Shown here piece by piece: positions 17,197-25,131 of a stretch of 44,343 bases of DNA (position 1 is the stretch's first letter; the number at the start of each line of letters is the position of its first letter). The position numbers were made by a program, and so were the translations under genes. This stretch comes from a virus (lineage: Duplodnaviria > Caudoviricetes): IMG/VR virus record IMGVR_UViG_3300024265_000101, positions 1 to 44,343 of that record; one strand, given 5' to 3'. The notes under the pieces were generated by a model, which was not told the origin of the DNA, searched no databases, and was given only the letters and a program-made list of their open reading frames with translations.

Positions 17197-18217
17197 ACTC
17201 TACGACAATACTCGTCTCGCCGCAGCTAAAACTTGCTTGCGTCTGTTCTATTTTCGCCATCGCAGACACTGGCGCCGCGAAGGTACGGCTATTCCTCTTG
17301 TATTCGGCTCCGCTTGGCATGAGGCTATGGACCAGGTGTGGTTACATCTCAACGCGGGGAAGCCCGACGACGAAGTAGCCCAACTTGCCTTGATAGCTTT
17401 CGATAAGAAATGGACCGAGAACGGATTTCCTGGATTCGCTGATTGGACTCTTGATGATACCGCGCGCTATTCTCCTCGTACTCCCGGCATCGCAGCAGAA
17501 ATGATTCTCCAGTATATTAAGCACCGAGGAGATTTCATCCGCAATGTAGAGATCCTCGCCATCGAAGCTCCATTTGCGGTCCCCCTCACCACGGACACCA
17601 GCCCCTCCGCCCCACTTGCTATCGGAAGGACTGACAAGGTTATAGGATTATCTCGTCCCCTCCTGGGACTCCGCGCCGGTGTCTGGGGAATCGAGCACAA
17701 AACTACCGCATGGTACAAGAAAGATGGGGGCTTCCGTTCTGAATGGACAGAATCCTTCTCACCGAATTCCCAAGTTGATGGATATAACCATCAGTTGAAT
17801 ATGAACTATGAGAATGCACGAGGCATCCTTGTGGATGGCGCTTTAGTTCATAAGACCGTCCACGATAAGTTCAAGTTCATTCCTTGTGACCGCCTCCTCG
17901 AGCAACTCGACGCCTGGTTGAATGAGACATTATACTATATCCAGCAAATCGAGGAGAATGATACCAATCTAAAGACAGAAGTCGAATCAAATCTATTTCT
18001 AAAAGAAGGAGAAAAGAGCAAATTCCTCCGCGCTTTTCCCAAGAACACAGAGTCTTGCGCAGGGAAGTATATGCAAGTCTGCGCTTATCGAGACATTTGC
18101 AGGTTTAATCCTAATCCTGAATTATTGGTTGAACCTCCTTTGGGATACATTGAGGAGAAATGGAGCCCCTTCGATGTATTGCAGCTAGAAAAGATTGGAA
18201 TCAAACCGGAGGAATAA
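17189..18217 (+). CDS. PD-(D/E)xK exonuclease, Cas4/RecB-like with Fe-S staple cysteines
   Basis: N-terminal Cys (KTCLR), FGSAWH, IE.PF, GRTD, IEHKT, Q..GY, and C-terminal C...C..RDIC. GGAG RBS before 17189. Confidence 0.88.
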   Translation: MPKLYDNTRLAAAKTCLRLFYFRHRRHWRREGTAIPLVFGSAWHEAMDQVWLHLNAGKPDDEVAQLALIAFDKKWTENGFPGFADWTLDDTARYSPRTPGIAAEMILQYIKHRGDFIRNVEILAIEAPFAVPLTTDTSPSAPLAIGRTDKVIGLSRPLLGLRAGVWGIEHKTTAWYKKDGGFRSEWTESFSPNSQVDGYNHQLNMNYENARGILVDGALVHKTVHDKFKFIPCDRLLEQLDAWLNETLYYIQQIEENDTNLKTEVESNLFLKEGEKSKFLRAFPKNTESCAGKYMQVCAYRDICRFNPNPELLVEPPLGYIEEKWSPFDVLQLEKIGIKPEE

Positions 18218-18220
18218 GAA

Positions 18221-18433
18221 ATGCGTTCTTTACAAACAATTCTTCTTGATGACCAATACACTCATTGGAGCAGCTCTCTTGGACACGTCTTCGGACTAGG
18301 TTTAGATGGAGAAACTCCTATCGAGCTCACTCTAATTCGCGTAAATAGGCAGGAGGGAGGTAACAAGCTCTATTTCAAAAGAGATGATTGTCCAACAGAA
18401 ACGGTTGTAGTTGTGTCTATAGCCCGCGGATAA
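18221..18433 (+). CDS. Hypothetical protein
   Basis: GGAGG RBS. Confidence 0.6.
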   Translation: MRSLQTILLDDQYTHWSSSLGHVFGLGLDGETPIELTLIRVNRQEGGNKLYFKRDDCPTETVVVVSIARG

Positions 18434-18444
18434 GGAGAATTCTC

Positions 18445-18669
18445 ATGTCTGGTAGGACTTGGTACCCAACGGAAGCACTAAGGTTTTCTCTCTCAACAAA
18501 AACAATTCAGCTCTTAGACAATCTCGCAGAAACTGGACTTTATGGTCGAGACCGCGGGGATGTAGCTAGAACACTAATCAACGAAGGAATTCGTCGAGCT
18601 ATGTTAGCAGTTCATAGAATGCCAGCTCGTAAGGAGATTCACCCACATGCCAAACGCAGCGAAGATTGA
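18445..18669 (+). CDS. Ribbon-helix-helix (CopG/Arc-like) DNA-binding protein
   Basis: LRFSLS strand, LLDNLAETGLYG helix, RGDVARTLINEGIRR helix; TAAGGAG RBS. Confidence 0.7.
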   Translation: MSGRTWYPTEALRFSLSTKTIQLLDNLAETGLYGRDRGDVARTLINEGIRRAMLAVHRMPARKEIHPHAKRSED

Positions 18670-19489
18670 AACCCCACATACCTGGCTGGTGTTCGCTTTA
18701 GGCTATACCGGTGCAGGAAAGACTACCAACTTCCTAACAATGCCCGGGAAGAAATTCGCATACCTATTCGATCCCAATGCTATCCGAACCTTGCGCGGGC
18801 ACAATATAGATTATGAAGAATTCCTTCCTGATGTACAGACCTTCGCGGTGAAGTCCTTAGCAAAGAAGAAAGGCTCTTCTAGCAGGGAGGCTAAAGGAGA
18901 TAAACCTATCGTCTCCTCTAAAGGCTCGGAAACCTATCGATTTTGGGAAGAGCATTTCGAAACCTCTTTGGAAAATGGATTCTTCGACCACTACGATTCT
19001 ATCCTATTCGATTCTGCTACAACTTTCCTCGATATCATTATGGATAGAGTACTCACCATCAACGGACGGCCCGGACAATGGCCTAATCAGGACGATTACG
19101 GTCCACAGATGGTAACCTTTACAAGTATCGTCCGAGCTGCATGTGCGCTTGGGAAGAATCTTTTCTTCACCGGGCATGTGGAAATTACTAAGGACGATAT
19201 CACTTCTCGAGTGTTCCAAACCCCTATTCTCACAGGGAAGCTCAAAGCAAAGCTCCCTCTGCTGTTCTCAGAGATTCTATTCTTCGAGGCCGCGGCGGAT
19301 ACTAGAGGCACGGTAGACTACATAGTCCAAACTAAGCCTGACCGCCTCACGCCGTTGATTCGTACTACTCTTCGAGGGCTAGACTATAAAGAGAACATTA
19401 ACATCGACTTTAGCAAGCCTCTTGAAGGGCAGGGACTATATTCGTTGATTCAGAAAAGCTTATATCATTCGGGAGAATCTAATGGTTGA
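18647..19489 (+). CDS. AAA_24 / Sak4-like RecA-fold ATPase
   Basis: GYTGAGKT Walker A, ILFDS Walker B, FTGH; sits between the nuclease and the SSB-like gene. Confidence 0.85.
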   Translation: MPNAAKIETPHTWLVFALGYTGAGKTTNFLTMPGKKFAYLFDPNAIRTLRGHNIDYEEFLPDVQTFAVKSLAKKKGSSSREAKGDKPIVSSKGSETYRFWEEHFETSLENGFFDHYDSILFDSATTFLDIIMDRVLTINGRPGQWPNQDDYGPQMVTFTSIVRAACALGKNLFFTGHVEITKDDITSRVFQTPILTGKLKAKLPLLFSEILFFEAAADTRGTVDYIVQTKPDRLTPLIRTTLRGLDYKENINIDFSKPLEGQGLYSLIQKSLYHSGESNG

Positions 19490-19679
19490 CTCCGCAGGTA
19501 GAAAATACATCGTACTGGAGGGCGAAGAAGTAGAACGTGCTAAATACGCTTCTCTCGACGCTGCTCAGGCTATGGCACAAGATAGTGTCAAAACAACGGG
19601 TAATACTCATTACGTTGCTGAACTTATCTCTGCTTTTACAGTAGAGAAAACTGTGAAGAAAACAAACGTCCCAGAATAG
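19482..19679 (+). CDS. Hypothetical protein
   Basis: GGAG RBS. Confidence 0.65.
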   Translation: MVDSAGRKYIVLEGEEVERAKYASLDAAQAMAQDSVKTTGNTHYVAELISAFTVEKTVKKTNVPE

Positions 19680-19727
19680 TTTTCTTCCCCACCCATGTAG
19701 GGGCGTGCCCCCTAGGAGAATACACTA

Positions 19728-20162
19728 ATGACTTTCATGCAAATCGAAGGCCTGGGAGATGCCAAAGAACCCGAACTACTCCCAGAGACGAAAACCAACC
19801 TCGTAGTGGAGGATGTTCATACCTACGAGTCCGAAAAAAACGGCCGGACTATCACCCGCATTCGGCATAACGTAGAAGATGAACGCTACGAGGACGCGAA
19901 TGCTATCATGCACTGGATGAGTCATCCGATGGAAGATGACGAGCCTGAAACGGCACGATTGCTCGTCTTGCAGATGAAACGCTACCTTATAATGACCGGA
20001 GTTCCTTTCGAGGCCACAGGATTCAACGAGGAAGATCTCTACGGCGCCTCATTCGAAGCAGATGTCATCATCGATGAGAATGAAGACTCCGGCGAGCAGT
20101 TCAACAAACTCGTGCTCCCACGACTTCCAGAAGAGCATGGCGGGAAGGCCAAAGCGAAATAA
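19728..20162 (+). CDS. Single-stranded DNA-binding protein-like (DUF669-type)
   Basis: Acidic, beta-rich, downstream of the Sak4-like ATPase; AGGAG RBS. Confidence 0.6.
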   Translation: MTFMQIEGLGDAKEPELLPETKTNLVVEDVHTYESEKNGRTITRIRHNVEDERYEDANAIMHWMSHPMEDDEPETARLLVLQMKRYLIMTGVPFEATGFNEEDLYGASFEADVIIDENEDSGEQFNKLVLPRLPEEHGGKAKAK

Positions 20163-20166
20163 AATC

Positions 20167-20238
20167 GAACCGGAACGCAAACTGGTGAGCGATTAGACTT
20201 TCAATCTAATGAAGCGGGTTCGAGTCCCGTCCGGTTCT
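20167..20238 (+). tRNA. trnE: tRNA-Glu (anticodon TTC), CCA not encoded
   Basis: Acceptor GAACCGG/CCGGTTC, D arm CGC/GCG with GG, anticodon arm TTAGA-CTTTCAA-TCTAA, T arm GCGGG-TTCGAGT-CCCGT. Confidence 0.85.
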
Positions 20239-20316
20239 TAACAGTTAGCATTGCGGCGCCCGTCGCATCGAGCACAGGGACGTGCTCACCTTTTAGGAGA
20301 ATAGGAGCCCCTGCTC

Positions 20317-20574
20317 ATGCCAATCGAGTATTCTGGAGAGGACATTAGACTTAACGTCGAAGTTCCTAAATCGCTCAATGATGAAGTGAACTCACTCCTT
20401 CCTCGAGGAACTAAATCCGAGGTAGTTCGTGGTCTCCTCAGAATGCTCGTCCGCGAATTGAAAAGCCCGAAGAGTTTAATTGTCCTCGAAGCGCTGTTAC
20501 GAGACACCGCAGTGGTGCAGTACGACGAGCGGTTGTTACCTTCCCATTCACGATATTCGGAGGAAGAAGATTGA
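20317..20574 (+). CDS. Ribbon-helix-helix DNA-binding protein
   Basis: IRLNVEVP strand, SLNDEVNSLL helix, GTKSEVVRGLLR helix. Confidence 0.7.
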   Translation: MPIEYSGEDIRLNVEVPKSLNDEVNSLLPRGTKSEVVRGLLRMLVRELKSPKSLIVLEALLRDTAVVQYDERLLPSHSRYSEEED

Positions 20575-20783
20575 TGAACAGAGAAGAACATTTGGAATGG
20601 TGCAAGGTTCGTGCTCGAGAATACTTAAAGCGAGGTAATCCTGAAGAAGCAGTAATTTCGATGCTGAGTGACTTGAACAAGCATGAAGAAACTAGTGGAA
20701 TTGGCGAAAAATTGGGAATGCTCGGGATATTCTCGTGTTCATCTATTCGAAAAGCCGAACAGTTCATTGAAGGCTTCAACTAA
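20574..20783 (+). CDS. Hypothetical protein
   Basis: GAGGA RBS, coupled to neighbours. Confidence 0.7.
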   Translation: MNREEHLEWCKVRAREYLKRGNPEEAVISMLSDLNKHEETSGIGEKLGMLGIFSCSSIRKAEQFIEGFN

Positions 20784-21013
20784 TGGCTACACTCGAAGAA
20801 TTAGTACGCTCTTTCTCCTCCATGAACCCCGAAGAGCAATTAGAGAAAATTCGAGACATCAGACGGAACAAGTATGTACATAAGCCCGCTTTGGAAAAGA
20901 GAAAGCGCCAGGCGCGGAAGAAAAGTACTTCTGCAGTCAGGAAGCTTCTCGCAACTCTATCGGAAGAAGACCGAGCCGCTCTCATCGAACGATACGGTTC
21001 CGACGACGAATAG
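20783..21013 (+). CDS. Small basic hypothetical protein
   Basis: TAATG coupling; C-terminal LLATLSEEDRAALI motif. Confidence 0.75.
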   Translation: MATLEELVRSFSSMNPEEQLEKIRDIRRNKYVHKPALEKRKRQARKKSTSAVRKLLATLSEEDRAALIERYGSDDE

Positions 21014-21275
21014 AAATAGCTATAGCATCCCACAAGAGCTAAGCAAGGAACTTTTCGCATCCTTAAAAGATAGGACATTATTCTATCAACCATATCATGA
21101 AGGGTTTGTGGCCGCAATTTCTTCGGGAAGCCCCCTAGGAAATTCTACCAAGAATCCTTATTCACCAATAAAAGGAACTCTACCAAATGCAGACGCTTGG
21201 GAGCAAGGCTATAAAGATGGAAAACTCTCCAGAAAAAAGCGAGAAGAGAAAGTCTCGAAAGCAAAGAAAGGATGA
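20994..21275 (+). CDS. Rmf/CrpP-fold-like small protein, start uncertain (ACG at 20994 or ATG at 20874)
   Basis: YHEGF.A...G.....NPY......DAWEQGY.DG pattern; fills an otherwise empty 200-bp gap. Confidence 0.5.
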   Translation, partial: TVPTTNRNSYSIPQELSKELFASLKDRTLFYQPYHEGFVAAISSGSPLGNSTKNPYSPIKGTLPNADAWEQGYKDGKLSRKKREEKVSKAKKG

Positions 21276-22782
21276 AGAAAAGCATCTAGCTAGGCTTCTA
21301 AAGCAAGAGCAAGAAGCACAAGAAAAGGAAGAGCCTGCTCCGCCTCCTGCGGAATTGCTATTCGTTTCTATAACTGACATTATTATCGGAGATCGCTTCC
21401 GAGAGAAGTATGAAATCGAAGATCTGGTTGAGTCTATCAAGGAAAAGGGCGTTATCCAGCCTATTACTTTAGATAAGAATCTACGCCTACAAGCTGGGGG
21501 TAGACGCCTCGCTGCGGCGAAGGTAGCGGGTTTAGAAGTTATTCCTGCGTTGATTCGAGACTTTGTAGATGAGATCGATTCTAGAGAAATAGAACTTCTC
21601 GAAAATGTCCAACGAGAGGATTTAACATGGCAGGAACGAACGAAGCTGACCAAGGAGATAGACAGCCTCTACACTATCAAGTTTGGTGTAAGATCTGCCG
21701 GTGTTGGGCAAGGGTGGAGCGGGAGAAAGACTGCGGAATTATTATCAAGGAGTCATGGGAGCGTCCAGCGAACACTTGCCCTTGCAGAAGGGATGAACCT
21801 TATCCCAGACATTGCCCTATGCAAGAGTGAGAAAGAAGCTTTCAATATGCTCAAGAAAATTGAAGAAGCTATCCTAGTGAAGCAACTTCGTAAGGAGCAA
21901 GCTGAAGTCCTTGCTACGCATACTCTTACTTCCGAAGAAGAATTTCAAGAATCACTCTCCTTCGCCGATAGCGAGCATGAGAAACGCAAGCTTACGCAAA
22001 CCCGTTTCCGTGCAACACGAATCGCTGCGGCGGAGGGGAACTTTCGTATCGGCAATGCACTAGATGAGTTAAAAGACCTAGCGAAAATCTACACCGAGCA
22101 GGAATCCCCTATTAGATTCATCGAGTGCGATCCTCCATTTGGGATTTCTTTACAAGAAGTAAAGAAGCGTACTAACCGTGCCGCAGCTTCAACGCTTGAT
22201 AAATACGAGGAAGTTCCCGAGAACGAATACGAAAGTTTCTTAGCTAAGCTAACTCCCCTGCTTTATTCCATCGCAAATGAGAACTGCTGGATGATTTTCT
22301 GGTATGGTCCTACCTGGACGACGCAAGTAATCTCCGCACTGACCGCCGCCTCCTGGCATGTGGACCACATCCCAGCAATATGGGTAAAGGGGGAAGAAGA
22401 ATCTGAAGGTTCCGGGCAAACCGGATCTCCGGAGCGGTATCTAGCAAGGGCTACAGAATTCTTCTTTGTATGCCGCAAGGGACTGCCACTGCTTGCTAAG
22501 GAAGGACGCACCAACGTATTTTCCTATAAACCTGAATTGCCTTCCAAGAAGTATCATCCCACTCAGAAGCCTCTCGCGCTGTATCAGGAAATATTACATA
22601 CCTTTGCATTTCCTGGTTCGGTAATGTGTTCTCCCTTCCTAGGCTCAGGTGCAGTCCTGAGGACAGCATATTTAGAGAACATGATGGGTTTAGGTTGGGA
22701 TTTGAACAGCAAGAACAAGGACCGCTTTCTAATTGCGGTAGAAGATGACATGGAAAAGCAAATAGCAGAAGCGGAGAAATAA
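21187..22782 (+). CDS. ParB (CTPase + HTH) fused to a beta-class N6A/N4C DNA methyltransferase
   Basis: ParB: LVESIKEKGVIQPI, AGGRRLAA, ELLENVQREDL, HTH GWSGRKTAELLSRSHGSV. MTase: DPPF, HPTQKP, SPFLGSG, GWD. The start may be 21217. Confidence 0.88.
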   Translation: MQTLGSKAIKMENSPEKSEKRKSRKQRKDEEKHLARLLKQEQEAQEKEEPAPPPAELLFVSITDIIIGDRFREKYEIEDLVESIKEKGVIQPITLDKNLRLQAGGRRLAAAKVAGLEVIPALIRDFVDEIDSREIELLENVQREDLTWQERTKLTKEIDSLYTIKFGVRSAGVGQGWSGRKTAELLSRSHGSVQRTLALAEGMNLIPDIALCKSEKEAFNMLKKIEEAILVKQLRKEQAEVLATHTLTSEEEFQESLSFADSEHEKRKLTQTRFRATRIAAAEGNFRIGNALDELKDLAKIYTEQESPIRFIECDPPFGISLQEVKKRTNRAAASTLDKYEEVPENEYESFLAKLTPLLYSIANENCWMIFWYGPTWTTQVISALTAASWHVDHIPAIWVKGEEESEGSGQTGSPERYLARATEFFFVCRKGLPLLAKEGRTNVFSYKPELPSKKYHPTQKPLALYQEILHTFAFPGSVMCSPFLGSGAVLRTAYLENMMGLGWDLNSKNKDRFLIAVEDDMEKQIAEAEK

Positions 22783-22795
22783 CAGGAGAAATCTA

Positions 22796-23047
22796 ATGAC
22801 TAAAGCACAGAAACTTCTACTCTGCATCGGTTGTAGAGATAATTTTTACAACGGAAACAACGATTTAGGAATAAAGGAATGCTGGTGCTTGGAAGATGCT
22901 GAGGTTGTCAAACGAATGCCTATTCCATTGGATTTAGCGCCTCCATATAAACCTTTTACTGAAAAGACCCTTTCTTGCCACCGCAGACAAGGCTGTGTAA
23001 TGATAGATCCAGAGAAGGTACTAACTTCTAAGGGGTATTGGAAGTAA
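22796..23047 (+). CDS. Small Cys-rich hypothetical protein
   Basis: CIGC..NFYN...CWCL; AGGAG RBS. Confidence 0.7.
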   Translation: MTKAQKLLLCIGCRDNFYNGNNDLGIKECWCLEDAEVVKRMPIPLDLAPPYKPFTEKTLSCHRRQGCVMIDPEKVLTSKGYWK

Positions 23048-23053
23048 TTATCA

Positions 23054-23248
23054 ATGTATCTCATAGTAGTATGTTCCCTTTGGGCTTGTGCTTCTACTCC
23101 ATTAGTAGAAAAGATTCTTCGTGTTCAAACTTGCCAGCAACTCGCCCATGTCTATGATGCTCGCATATCTCCTATGACCGGCCATTTCGTTTTATGTATG
23201 ACTGAGGAACAATACAATGCCACGCCGAAAATTCACGATTCCAGATGA
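23054..23248 (+). CDS. Small hypothetical protein
   Basis: Hydrophobic Cys-containing N-terminus; packs between neighbours. Confidence 0.5.
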   Translation: MYLIVVCSLWACASTPLVEKILRVQTCQQLAHVYDARISPMTGHFVLCMTEEQYNATPKIHDSR

Positions 23249-23456
23249 AGTGATTCTAATCTATCACGACCCTGACAATAAGCAGAATAGTATCGTTCTT
23301 CGATATTTCGAGGGAGATATTCCCAACTGGGTTGCAGATGTAGATATTCCTATGCGGGATATTGAAATGATAGAAAGCCGCTCAGCAGGAAAGGCTTTCA
23401 AGAAGATTCTAGAAGACGTTCCTCCGGGACCGCCCATTCCTCCGGGGCCACCATAA
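23217..23456 (+). CDS. Hypothetical protein
   Basis: GAGGA RBS; TAATG coupling to the next gene. Confidence 0.6.
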   Translation: MPRRKFTIPDEVILIYHDPDNKQNSIVLRYFEGDIPNWVADVDIPMRDIEMIESRSAGKAFKKILEDVPPGPPIPPGPP

Positions 23457-23866
23457 TGCCTTCCGACGATCCTAAGGAAGTAATCACCGCAACAGGGAAG
23501 CTAATATTTCTAGCATCACCATATTCTCATTATGATTCCGTTGTTAGATATGAACGCTATGCTGAGGTGAAAGCTTTTCTCACTCGAGCCTTGCTTAAGA
23601 AGAAAAACATCTATTCTCCTATCGTGTATACTCATCCAGTTCATTTGCTCGGCGCCGGATCTACAACATTCGAGTTCTGGAGTGATTTCAATCGAGCAAT
23701 GCTTACTCGAAGTTCTGAAATGTGGATTTTAACTATAGGAGGTTGGGAAGAATCTAAGGGAATAGCTTACGAGATTGAAGTAGCTATAGATTATCACGTA
23801 CCTATTTTCCTAGTAAACCCACAGAGTCATGCCCTTTCTCAGTATACCCACAACCGCAAGGTTTGA
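23456..23866 (+). CDS. DUF1937 / nucleoside 2-deoxyribosyltransferase-like protein
   Basis: IFLASPYSH, YSPI..TH, W...N..ML, GWEESKG..YEI. Confidence 0.8.
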   Translation: MPSDDPKEVITATGKLIFLASPYSHYDSVVRYERYAEVKAFLTRALLKKKNIYSPIVYTHPVHLLGAGSTTFEFWSDFNRAMLTRSSEMWILTIGGWEESKGIAYEIEVAIDYHVPIFLVNPQSHALSQYTHNRKV

Positions 23867-24884
23867 AGTAGGTCCTGCTGGGCCTATAGATGCTAAGATT
23901 GCTATCATCGGGGAAGCTCCTGGCCGTGAGGAAGCTCGCACAGGAAAGCCTTTCGTTGGTCAAGCTGGAAGGGTGCTTGAGGAGATTTGCCACGACGCTG
24001 GACTAATCAAAGGCCAGTTGTATCTTACAAACGTAATCAAAGAAAAACCTCCAGATACTTACAAGAAGAAAAACGACATTTCCTCGTATTTCAACGAACG
24101 CACTGGAAGGTTCACCGAAAAGGGACAGCCTTGGGTAGATCTCCTGCGTGAGGAACTTCAAGGAATCGGTGCAAATATTCTAGTTCCTATGGGCAAGTCT
24201 GCGACCGCAGCTATTATCGGTCCGCCCGCTCATAAGATAATGACCTACCGAGGATATATTTATGAAGCTTCCGGCCCCGCAATACCGGAAGGAACGTCCC
24301 GCAAAGCTCTACCAACCATACACCCGGCAGAAACTCTCTACGCTCCTGCGAATTACATCCACCGGTATTATATCTCGCATGATCTTCACAAAGCGCGGCT
24401 ACATTCGGAAACAGCTGAGGTGGTTTGGGACCCCGTTGAGGCGATTGTTCCTGAAACTTTGGGATCTGCAATAGAGTGGCTCAAGTACTTTAATGAAATT
24501 CCTGAAGTTTCTGTTGACACAGAGAGTATGAACTATGAAATTACCTGCATTTCTTTCACCGACCAAATCGATTCCGCTGTGGCTATTGATTTCTTTAATA
24601 AGAAATGGACAGAAGATGAGGAAGTCATCTTATGGAGTTACATCGCAAAGATTATTGAGAACCCCAAGGTAGGATTGATTGGGCAGAATCTGATTCACGA
24701 TTTAGAACTGCTTGCCCTTAACATGGGGATTGTATACGACGGGTATATAAAAGACACGATGATAATGTCGAGTTTGATGTATCCCGACTTTTCCAAAGGA
24801 TTAGGTTTTCTTGGAGGAGTCTATACGAACATGCCCTACTGGAAAGATATAGTTAAGTTTAATACGAGTAAGGAGGAGGCGTAA
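23829..24884 (+). CDS. polA: DNA polymerase A N-terminal subunit: family-4 uracil-DNA glycosylase plus partial 3'-5' exonuclease (ExoI, ExoII)
   Basis: UDG motifs GEAPG..E..TG.PFVG.AG, TNVIK, HPA; ExoI VDTE; ExoII QN..HD; DTM; ends just after YT..PYWKD. Confidence 0.88.
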   Translation: MPFLSIPTTARFEVGPAGPIDAKIAIIGEAPGREEARTGKPFVGQAGRVLEEICHDAGLIKGQLYLTNVIKEKPPDTYKKKNDISSYFNERTGRFTEKGQPWVDLLREELQGIGANILVPMGKSATAAIIGPPAHKIMTYRGYIYEASGPAIPEGTSRKALPTIHPAETLYAPANYIHRYYISHDLHKARLHSETAEVVWDPVEAIVPETLGSAIEWLKYFNEIPEVSVDTESMNYEITCISFTDQIDSAVAIDFFNKKWTEDEEVILWSYIAKIIENPKVGLIGQNLIHDLELLALNMGIVYDGYIKDTMIMSSLMYPDFSKGLGFLGGVYTNMPYWKDIVKFNTSKEEA

Positions 24885-25123
24885 TGTTAATTAGAGTATT
24901 TGAGATTCCTCCCGAAGACGGACAATTCTGCTTTGGAGGCAAGATTGTTTCTTGGAGACAGGTGGATTGGTTTAGGGATGACGGACCACCAGACGGGCCA
25001 GAGAAGCATACCAAAAATCAAATTCAAGACTATATTCAAGAGAAAAACTATTACTCTCCTGATATACCGTTATTAGTGTTGACGGAAGATTACACGTTTA
25101 CCCTCAATTACTCCGCTCCTTAG
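24884..25123 (+). CDS. Hypothetical protein inserted in the split polA
   Basis: AGGAGG RBS, TAATG coupling. Confidence 0.65.
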   Translation: MLIRVFEIPPEDGQFCFGGKIVSWRQVDWFRDDGPPDGPEKHTKNQIQDYIQEKNYYSPDIPLLVLTEDYTFTLNYSAP

Positions 25124-25131
25124 GAGGCTCT

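Noticed and set aside
17189-18217. Cas4-like gene as part of a CRISPR-Cas system
   Set aside because: No array or other cas genes; the context with Sak4-like ATPase and SSB indicates a recombination nuclease.
18647-19489. ATPase as a ParA partner for ParB
   Set aside because: Walker A is GYTGAGKT, not the deviant KGGxGKT; sequence and context fit AAA_24/Sak4.
23956-23963. TTGGTCAA as a seventh palindrome copy
   Set aside because: Half-site only, inside the conserved UDG FVGQ codons.
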